A stretch of DNA of 64,000 nt. It comes from Squalus acanthias. Lineage: Eukaryota. Both the position numbers and the translations under genes were made by a program. Of this stretch, positions 26,073-35,608 are shown piece after piece. Within the stretch, counting starts at the first letter, position 1, and each line of letters begins with the position of its first letter. The notes under the pieces are model-generated. The model was not told the origin of the DNA and searched no databases. It saw only the letters and a list, made by a program, of their open reading frames with translations. The stretch covers positions 26,724,001 to 26,788,000 of the forward strand of contig CM059432.1 in NCBI GenBank assembly GCA_030390025.1, in the 5' to 3' direction.

Positions 26073-26384
26073 GAGGTGTGACAAAATGCTGGTCATTTTT
26101 TTATTAAAGGTCGAGGTTCATGGTCCAACTTTTGTTTAGTGTTTTGGACATTATCTCCAGGTTGTGAGAACCAGTTATGTTATTGACTGTTTTTTTGTGT
26201 TTATTTCTATGAGTTTGTCATGAGGAATTGACACACACAGAGTTTGTAAAATAAATAAGTTTCTGTATTCAAAATATACATGGTTGGTGGTTGGAATTAT
26301 TGGTGCCTTGGCCGGCTTAGGGGTTGCGTGCTGGGTTCATTAATGTTGTTAGCAATGGCAGAAGCCATTTCCACAGCAGGGGCC

Positions 26385-27545
26385 CTAGAAGCGGCTTGCT
26401 ATTAGCCGTTGACGGACGGCCCTTGCAGTTTCACCATTGTGGGCCGCCCTCCCGCCTTGGTGCTGCTGATGATCATCCTCCTCGTCCTCTTCCTCCTCTT
26501 CCTCCTCCTCCTCTGGTGGTGCTCCAAGGCCTGGTGGCATTGGCTGGGTCCTGAGGATTGCCATGTTATGCAACATGCAGCACACGACTACGAAGTTCGA
26601 TACTCGCTCAGGCGAGTACTGCAGGGCTCCTCCAGAATGGTCGAGACAGCGGAACCGTTGCTTCAGCACGCCGATTGTGCGCTCAATTATGTTCCTGGTA
26701 GCTTGATGGCTCTCATTGTACCGCAGCTCAGCAGGGGTGTTGGGCGTACGGAGCGGTGTCATCAGCCAGGTGCTCAATGCATACCCCTTGTCACCGAGAA
26801 GCCAACCAACTGGCTGATGCGGTGCCTCGAAAAGTTCTGCCACAGTAGTCTGGCGCAGGATAAAAGCATCGTGGCAGCTGCCAGGATAGTGGGCATTGAC
26901 AGCGAGTATCAGCTGTCTGTGGTCACAGACCAACTGAACATTCAAGGAATGGAACCCCTTTCTGTTCCGGAATTCCTCGGCATTCTCATGCGGAGCACGC
27001 AAAGCCACATGCGTGCAGTCAATGGCGCCCTGCACCATGGGGAAGCCCGCTACCCTCGCAAAGCCCAGAGCGTGGTCACGCTGCTTGTCTGGTGTCATGG
27101 GGAAAGAGATGAACTCTCGTCTCCTTTTAAAGAGGGCATTTGTGACCTGCCGGATGCAGCAATGCACCGCGAACTGGGGGATATTGGCGAGGTCCCCAGC
27201 AGCAGCTTGAAATGAGCCAGTAGCATAAAAGTTGAGAGCCACTGTGACCTTCACTGCCACCGACAGAGACGTCCTGGACCTCAGTTGAGGCTGCAGATTT
27301 GGCTGCAGCAGGTGGCAGAGCTCAGTGACCACCTCCTTGCTGAATCGCAGCCTTCGCAAACACAGCTCCTCAGACATATGAATGTAGGAGAGCTGTTCAC
27401 GATATACCCTGGGAGGGTAAGCGCTCCTGTACATACGCCTGTTAGCCCTCCTCCGTCTGACCATCATTGCCACTCTCTCTCTGCGTCTCTGTATCCTCCG
27501 ATTCAGCTGGAGCAGGACGACGCCCCCAATCAGTGCAGCCCCCAT
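26385..27545 (-). CDS. PIF/Harbinger DDE transposase (HARBI1-like, DDE_Tnp_4), 386 aa, intact
   Basis: GAIDCTH, NRKGFHSLNVQLVCD, PGSCHD, LLGDKGY, IERTIGVLKQRFRCL and CCMLHN motifs; acidic tail; probable start is the ATG at 27545 (MGAALIGG). Confidence 0.95.
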   Translation of the reverse strand: MGAALIGGVVLLQLNRRIQRRRERVAMMVRRRRANRRMYRSAYPPRVYREQLSYIHMSEELCLRRLRFSKEVVTELCHLLQPNLQPQLRSRTSLSVAVKVTVALNFYATGSFQAAAGDLANIPQFAVHCCIRQVTNALFKRRREFISFPMTPDKQRDHALGFARVAGFPMVQGAIDCTHVALRAPHENAEEFRNRKGFHSLNVQLVCDHRQLILAVNAHYPGSCHDAFILRQTTVAELFEAPHQPVGWLLGDKGYALSTWLMTPLRTPNTPAELRYNESHQATRNIIERTIGVLKQRFRCLDHSGGALQYSPERVSNFVVVCCMLHNMAILRTQPMPPGLGAPPEEEEEEEEEDEEDDHQQHQGGRAAHNGETARAVRQRLIASRF

Positions 27546-27743
27546 AGTCTCTTTGCAAGCAAAGTAATGAAGGACAGCAACTAAAGTACTAGCGAAGTTA
27601 GGATCAATAGGCAAAACTACCTCACAAAGCGTTGAGTCAATGCAGAAGTCTCTCTTTCTCTCTCTCCGAATCTCTCTCTCTCTCTCTCTCAGAACGAGTG
27701 CTGCAAAAATGTCGACCACAGAAAAAGACAGGAAGAGGCCCCC

Positions 27744-27751
27744 TTTAAATA
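27744..27751 (-). promoter_or_regulatory. TATA-like box of the transposase promoter
   Basis: TATTTAAA(GGGG) on the minus strand ~200 bp upstream of the ATG, inside a GC-rich subterminal region; conserved in H1 (~23525). Confidence 0.5.
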
Positions 27752-29183
27752 GCGCCCCCCCCCAGCCCCACAGCGATTGATAGCGTTCCAGTCTTCCGGT
27801 CGTTGGATGCGCCAGGCAGTAAGGCAGGGGGCGCCACTCAATTTCCACTCCGGGGCGCCACAAGGGCGTTGCACCATGGAATGACGTCACAATCTGCGCG
27901 CGCAGGTGGTCGCAGCGGTAAGTTTTAGCGCCGCCGCACAATCTCTAGTTAAGTTCCCGAGCGGCGCAAACATCGCTGCGCCCGGGCGTTAACGGCTTTG
28001 CGCCCCATTAGCGCCCTCTTAAGGCGCTAACGGGAGGCGCAACCAACTGAATTTTTACCCCATAGAGTTATACAGCACAGAAAGAGGCCCTTCGGCCCAT
28101 CGTGTCCGCACCGGCCATCAAGCCCTGTCTATTCTAATCCCATTTTCCAGCACTTGGTCCGTAGCCTTGTATGCTATGACGTTTCAAGTGCTCATCTAAA
28201 TGCTTCTTGAATGTTGTGAGGGTCCCTGCATCTGCCACCTTTTCAGGCAGTGAGTTCCAGATTCCAACCACCCTCTGGGTGAAAAAGTTTTTCCTCAAAT
28301 CCCCTCTAAACCTCACGTCCCTTATCTTGAAACTATGCCCCCTGGTTATTGATCCCTCTACTAAGGGGAAAAGTTCCTTTCTATCTACCCTATCTATGCC
28401 CCTCATAATTTTGTACACCTCAATCAGGTCCCCTCTCAGCCTTCTCTGCTCTAAGGAAAACAACCCCAGCCTGTCCAGTCTCTCTTCATAGCTGAAGCGC
28501 TTCAGCCCAGTTAACATCCTGGTGAATCTCCTCTGCACTCTCTCCAATGCAATCACATCCTTCCTATAGTGTGGCGACCAGAACTGCACACAGTATTCCA
28601 GCTGTGGCCTAACTAGCGTTTTGTACAGCTCCATCATAACCTCCCTGCTCTTATATTCTATGCCTCGGCTAATGAAGGCAAGTATCCCATATGCCTTTTT
28701 AACCACCTTATGTACATGTCCTGTTGCCTTCAGGGATCTATGTACATGCACACCAAGGTCCCTCTGATCCTCTGTCCTTCCTAGGGTCCTACCATTCATT
28801 GTGTATTCCATTGCCTTGTTAGTCCTCCCAAAATGCATCACCTCATACTTTTCTGGGTTAAATTCCATTTGCCACTGTTCTGCCCATCTGACCAACCCAT
28901 CGATATCGTCCTGTAGCCTGAGGCTTCCCTCCTCGCTATTTACCACCCCACCAATTTTCGTGTCATCTGCAAACTTACTGATCATATCTCCTACATGCAT
29001 ATCTAAATCATTAATGTACACTACAAACAGCAAAGGACCCAGCACCAATCCCTGCGGTACACCACTGGACACAGGCTTCCAGTCACAAAAACAACCTTCG
29101 ACCATCACCCTCTGCCTCCTGCCACTAAGCCAATTTTGGATCCAATGTGCCAAGTTGCCCTGGATCCCATGGGCTCTTACCTT

Positions 29184-30875
29184 TGTAAGGTTTCCAAAAT
29201 TTGCAGATCCCCAAAACCTAAGGAAAAAGGACTTTGGAACTACCTCAGAGTGATAATATTGCATTTGGGCCTAACCTAAGAGACTGTAAGACCAAAAACC
29301 AAGTTTTGGCATTTTAAAACTATGTCTGGGCCTGTAAAGTGAGAAAAGGCTGCGAAAGACGGTGGGCTCAATCTCTGCAAAAGCAGTTTTGGTTATTGCA
29401 GTTAATTGCACTGTCTGGGGAACCGGGATGACCCTACTCAAGCCCCAGCAAGCATTAACATTTTGACAATAGACCCTAGGAGAAGACAGTCCCACCCAAA
29501 ACAACAGGTCCCATCAAACCGATTACAGGGCCCATCAGAAAACATGCATAATACAAATCACTCAGGACCAGTCTATAGAAAAGACTGAGTCCAGCCTAGA
29601 AACCCAAAACACGAAACCAATCACCAGTGATCAGCCAAGGAGATCGACAGGATGCAAACCATCCCAAAACCCATTTGACACAAACAGAGCAATTACTGGT
29701 AACAGGCCCGCCAAAATTCAGACAATGAACTGAGTAGATTTGGCAGGTAGATAAGGCCATGTTCAATGGGTGAGATTGAAGGCCTGTTAAAAACACAGTT
29801 AACGTGCTAGTAAGTCATTACCGATTTACGAGCCCGCCAAAAAACAAACAATGAACTGAGTAGATTTGGCGGGTAGATAAGGCCACTTCAATTTTGTATA
29901 ATTGAAGGCCCACCAAGCACACACGGCAAGTCCAAAGTTGAGAATCGAGCAGTCAGTCGCAACCGGTTGTCATCAGAAGAAGAAGAGACCAAGAAGAAGA
30001 AGACCCGAGCTGGAAGCGAGTCGGCATCGCTCACCACTCAGACACACCTGAGTCCAGCTCGCGAAGATACCACCTCGACAGACCTTCAACAACGGCCCCA
30101 ACACAGTCACCCGGAGCAACAAGCAGCAACAAGTCACCGACAGCTCCACGAGGTCGACCGACACACTAAACAAGGCCTAAAGCCATCGCGGAAACCAAAG
30201 GCCTCACGAAACCAACAACCGCGCATTACCCCCAACTGACTGGGTAATAGCAGGCCACCACGACCAACAAAGATCAACTCAAGGTGAGAAAACCCGAAGA
30301 ACCGCGAAGTTTCCACACTACAAACTAATCCTGACTTACCCCTGGGTAAGATTTTCCCCAAAGACTCTAAATCCTATTGCTAAACTAAAGAAATTGGGTA
30401 CTCACCAGATAAATCCAAAACGACATCCTACCGCATCAGCGGACTCGCGAAGACTGACCAGAGACCCAGGTGAAGTCCTCTACCACATACGGGGTACGGC
30501 AGACACTAACCGCCATAAACAGCGAACCCCAAAACCGCGATTTAGCCCAACTGTCAAAGGATTGGTGAGCATTATCCCTGGTCCTTCAAAACCTAACTTA
30601 GCTAGTAAAGTGGGGTTGGGAGGGGTGAAGTATTGTTCTACTGTCATTTCCCTCGCTTGTACAGCATTGTTCCCCACCTTTAGAGTGAGAAGAGTGTTAT
30701 TATTTGTGTCTTACCTTTTAATAAAGACTGAAGTTCTTTCATCAAACCCAGTTGTCTGCTGCACCTTTGTATCACAACCCCCAAATAAGTCCAAGGTCCA
30801 GAACCAAGGGAGTGGGAGCGATTCGAGCCACTCAGAAGTCAGCAGTAAAGCTGACACAAACCACCACCCCCTACA
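29184..30875 (+). mobile_element. Solo LTR (1692 bp) of a Gypsy-like or ERV1-like element
   Basis: TGTAAGG…CCCTACA termini; 4-bp TSD CCTT (29180-29183 and 30876-30879); AATAAA at 30720-30725; removing it restores CR1 frame GRLVKKVRAHGIQ. Confidence 0.88.
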
Positions 30876-33800
30876 CCTTCTTGACCAGTCTCCCATGCGG
30901 GACTTTGTCAAAAGCCTTACTGAAGTCCATGTAGACCACATCAACTGCACTACCCTCATCCACACACCTGGTCACCCCCTCGAAAAATTCAATCAAATTG
31001 GTCAGACATGATCTCCCCCTGACAAAGCCATGCTGACTATTCTTGATTAATCCTTGCCTCTCCAAGTGGAGACTAATTCTGTCCCTCAGAATTTTTTCCA
31101 ATAATTTCCCTACCACTGATGTTAGGCTCACTGGCCTGTAATTCCCTGATTTATCCCGACTACCCTTCTTGAATAATGCACTACGTTAGCTGTTCTCCAG
31201 TCCTCTGGCACCTCCCCTGTGGCCAGAGAGGTTCTGAAAATTTGTGTCAGAGCCCCTGCAATCTCCTCCCTTGCCTCACACAGCAGCCTGGGATACATCT
31301 CATCTGGGCCTGGGGATTTATCCACTTTTAAGCCCGCTAAAACCGCTAGTACCTCCTCCCTCTCAATACTAATTTGTTCAAATATATCACAATCCCCCTG
31401 CCTGATTTCTATGCCTACATCGTCCTTCCCCAGAGTGAACATAGATGCAAAATATCCATTTAAAACCCCACCTACATCTTCTGCCTTGACACACAGATTG
31501 CCACTTTGGTCCCTAATGGGCCCTACTCTTTCCCTGGTTATCCTCTTGCCCTTAATATACTTATAAAACACCTTGGGATTTTCCTTTATTTTGCCCGCCA
31601 GTGTTATTTCATGCCCCCTCTTCGCTCTCCTAATTTCTTTTTTAAGTACCCGCCCCCTGCACTTTCTATAATCCTCTAGGGCTTCCATTGTTTTTAGTCC
31701 TTTGTATCTGCCAAAAGACTCCCTTTTTTTCCTAATCCATTCTCATATATCCCTTGACACCCAGGGTTCCCTGGGCTTGTTGGTCCCACCCTTGACCTTT
31801 ACGGGAACATGTTGCCGTTGTACTCTCTCTATTTCCTTTCTGAAAGACTCCCACTGCTCTGATGTGGATTTTCCTACAAGTAGCTGATCCCAGTCCATTT
31901 TGGCCAGATCCTGCCTTATCATGTTAAAATCGGCCTTAGAACCTTTATTTCCGGTCCATCTTTGTCCTTTTCCATGACTACATTAAATCTCACCGAATTA
32001 TGGTCACTGTCACCAAAATGCTCTCCTACTAACACTTCTACCACTTGCCCGGCTACATTCACTAGAATTAGGTCCAGTACCACCCCCTCTCTTGTAGAAC
32101 TTTCTACATGCTGGCTCAAAAAGCTCTCCTGGATGCAATTTAAGAATTCCGTACCCTCGAAGCCTTTCACACTCTGACTATCCCAGTTAATATTGGGGAA
32201 GTTGAAATCCCCTACTATTATTACCCTATTATTTCCACACTTCTCTGAGATTTGCCTACCTGCCACCTTCAGGGACCTATGCACGTTAACTCCCAGGTTC
32301 CTCTGTCCCTGCACACTCTTTAAAACTGTGCCATTAAGTGTATATTGCATCTCCCTGTTCCTTCTGCCAAAATGCATCACCTCACACTTCTCTGTATTAA
32401 ATTCCATCTGCCACTTGTCTGCCCATTCTGCTAGCCTTTCTATGTCCTGTTGCAGTCGATTGGTATCATCATCACTGTTTGCCACGCCCCCAAGTTTGGT
32501 GTCATCGGCAAATTTAGAAATTCTACTCTGTATTCCAATATCCAGGTCATTTATATATATCAAAAAAAGCAGTGGCCCCAGCACTGACCCTTGGGGAACA
32601 CCACTGTCTACCATCCTCCAGTCTGAAAAGCAGCCATTTACCACAACTCACTGTTTACTGTCCTTAAGCCAATTCCTGATCCAAGCTGCCACTGACTCAC
32701 CTATTCCCTGAGCCTCAATTTTGTTAACCAGCCTTCAATGTGGTACTTTGTCAGATGCTTTTCGAAAATCCATGTAGAAAACATCCATTGAATTCCTTTC
32801 ATCAATCCTCTCTGTTACTTCATCAAAAAATTCAATTAGATTAGTCAAACACGATCTGCCTTTTACAAATCCGTGTTGGCTCTCCTTAATTAGCTTAAAC
32901 CACTCCAAATGTGCGTTAATTTTTTCCTTGATTATTGTTTCTAAAACATGACCCACCACTGATGTTAAACTGACCGGCCTGTAGTTACTAGAATTGTCCT
33001 TACACCCTTTCTTGAACAATGGTGTCACATTTGCCACTTTCCAATCCTCAGGCACTTGCCCCTCATCGAGGGAAGATTGGAAATTTATGGCAAGCACTTC
33101 CGCTATCTCCTCCCCCAATTCCCTTAGCAACCTGGGATGCAAGCCATCTGGACCAGGTGACTTGTCCACTCTAAGCATACCCAGCCTTTCTAGTACATCC
33201 TGTCTATCAATTTTCACCCCTTCCATTGCTTCTACATTTTCCACTTCTACCGATATTTTGTCAGCATTCACCTCCTCAGTAAACACCGATACAACGTACT
33301 CACTGAGTATTCTAGCCTTGCCCTGTGCCTCTAAGTATATATCACCTTCTTTGTCCCTAATAGGCCCCACTCCGCCTGTTACTACCCACTAACTGATAAC
33401 ATTCCGGGAGAAGATTTTTGGGTTCATTTTATGTTAACCGCCATTCTACTCTCATATTCTCTCTTTGCCAATCTTATTTTCAACTTCACATCACTTCTCA
33501 ACTTAACAGTTAAAGAGATCATTGACAGCCACAGATAAATAGAACATTGACAGGCACAGTTAATTAGAACATTGACAGGCACAATTAAATAGAACATTGA
33601 CAGGCACAGTTAAATAGATCATTGACAGGCACAGTTAAATAGAATATTGACAGACACAGTTAAATAGAACATTGACAGACACAGTTAAATAAATCACTGA
33701 TAGGCACAGTTATATAGAACATTGACAGACACAGTTAAATAGAACATTGACAGACACAGCTAAATAAAACATTGACAGACACAATTAAAAAGAATATTGA

Positions 33801-34345
33801 CAGGCACAGTTAAATAGAATATTGACAGGCACAGTTAAATAGAACATTGACGGTCACAGTTAAATTGATCATGAAGAGGCTCAGTTAAATGAATCATTGA
33901 TAGGCACAGTTAAATAGATCATTGACAGGCTCAGTTAAATAGAACATTGACAAACACAGTTAAATAGATCATTGACAGGCACAGTTCAACAGAATATTAA
34001 CAGTCACCATTAAATAGAACATTGAAAGACGCAGTTAAACAGAACATTGACAGACACAGTTAAATAGAACATTGACAGACACAGCTAAATAGAACATTGA
34101 CAGACACAATTAAAAAGAATATTGACAGGCACAGTTAAATAGAATATTGACAGGCACAGTTAAATAGAACAATGACAGACACAGTTAAATAGAACATTGA
34201 CAGACACAGTTAAATAGAACATTGACAGGCACTGTTAAATAGAATATGGACAGGCACAGTTAAATAGAATATTGACAGGCACAGTTAAGTAAAACATTGA
34301 CAGACACAGTTAAACAGAACATTGACAGACACAGTTAAATAGAAC

Positions 34346-35608
34346 GGGATTGGGGGTAATATTCTGGCATGGATAGAGGATTGGCTATCTAACAGAAAGC
34401 AAAGAGTTGGGATAAATGGTTCATTCTCAGACTGGCAATCAGTAACTAGTGGTGTTCCACAGGGGTCAGTGCTGGGTCCCCAACTCTTCACAATCTATAT
34501 TAACGATTTGGAGGAAGGGACCAAGTGTAACATATCAAAATTTGCAGATGATACAAAGATGGGAGGGAAAGTAGTGAGTGAGGAGGACATAAAAAACCTG
34601 CAAGGGGACATAGACAGGCTAAGTAAGTGGGCAGAGATTTGGCAGATGGAATACAACACTGGAAAGTGTGAGGTGATGCACTTTGGCAGGAAAAATCCTA
34701 GAGCAATTTATTATCTTAATGGCAAGAAACTGGAGAGTACTGAAGTGCAAAGGGATCTGGGGGTCCTGGTGCACGAAACTCAAAAGGTTAGTATGCAGGT
34801 GCAGCAAGTGATTAAGAAGGCAAATGGAATGTTGGCTTTCATTGCTAGGGGGATAGAATATAAAAATAGGGAGGTATTGCTTCAGTTGTACAAGGTATTG
34901 GTGAGACCGCACCTGGAATACTGCATACAGTTTTGGTGTCCTTACTTAAGGAAAGACATCCTTGCTCTCGAGGCAGTGCAAAAAAGGTTCACTCGGTTAA
35001 TCCCGGGGATGAGGGGGTGGTCATATGAGGAGAGGTTGGGTAGATTGGGACTCTACTCATTGGAGTTCAGAAGAATGAGAGGCGATCTTATTGAAACATA
35101 TAAGATTGTGAAGGGGTTGGATCGGGTGGATGCGGGGAGGATGTTCCCGATGACGGGTGAGACGAGAACTAGGGGACATAGTCTTAGAATAAGGGGCTGC
35201 TCTTTCAAAACTGAGATGAGGAGGAACTACTTCACTCAGAGGGTGGTAGGTCCATGGAATATGCTGCCACAAAAAGCTGTAGAAGCTACAACATTAATTA
35301 AATTTAAAACAGAAATAGACAGTTTCCTAGAAGTAAAGGGCATTAAGGGTTACGGGGAGCGGGCAGGAATTTGGACATGAGTCTAGGTTCGGATCGGTCA
35401 TGGCCCTGTGGGTAGTGGAGCGGGCCCAGGGACTGTGTAGCCTGATTCTGCTCATATTTCGTGTGTGCAATTCTGTTAGATGCAGGAGATGGTTCTGTGA
35501 TAGATAGTAGATTGGCGGTTAGGATCAGATCAGCCATGATCTTATTGAATGGCGGAGCAGGCTCGAGGGGCCGATTGGCCTACTCCTGCTCCTATTTCTT
35601 ATGTTCTT
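34346..35608 (+). mobile_element. 5'-truncated CR1 inserted in the satellite
   Basis: Uninterrupted RT C-terminal ORF to 35380 (FADDTK, LVRPHLEYC); 3'UTR and (TTCTTATG) tail. Confidence 0.95.

Larger units (their letters stand above)
23853..28061. mobile_element. Autonomous-type PIF/Harbinger DNA transposon (H2, 4209 bp)
   Basis: TIRs GGGGGAAAAATT and AATTTTTACCCC (11/12); 3-bp TSD ATA; convergent Myb/SANT and DDE transposase genes. Confidence 0.96.
22940..32258 (-). mobile_element. CR1-B: younger CR1 inserted in CR1-A, itself carrying two Harbingers and a solo LTR
   Basis: Tail (ATAGAGTC)n at 22940-22948, 23842-23852 and 28062-28072; RT in ORF 28134-29264; continues 30876-32258 to the EN region (IIVGDFN, SDHN). 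Confidence 0.9.
22301..33505 (-). mobile_element. CR1-A: older CR1 split into 22301-22939 (3' part) and 32259-~33505 (5' part)
   Basis: Joining the two parts restores CTG AAG GTG GCA GGA CAT ATT (LKVAG/HIESVVNKAYG); CCT is duplicated at 22937-22939 and 32259-32261. Confidence 0.88.

Noticed and set aside
26409..27215. 268-aa antisense ORF and the many antisense ORFs over LINEs
   Set aside because: Shadow frames of transposon coding sequence with no recognisable motifs
26385..27545. Domesticated host HARBI1 gene
   Set aside because: Lies within TIRs and a TSD, with a Myb partner, inside a LINE tail; it is a transposon copy
27546..27941. 132-aa N-terminal extension of the transposase
   Set aside because: Non-ATG start; runs through the subterminal region, TATA-like box and a (GA)n tract
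31919..32644. Apparent novel RT-before-endonuclease fusion ORF
   Set aside because: Fortuitous in-frame junction of CR1-A RT and the truncated 5' end of CR1-B at ~32259
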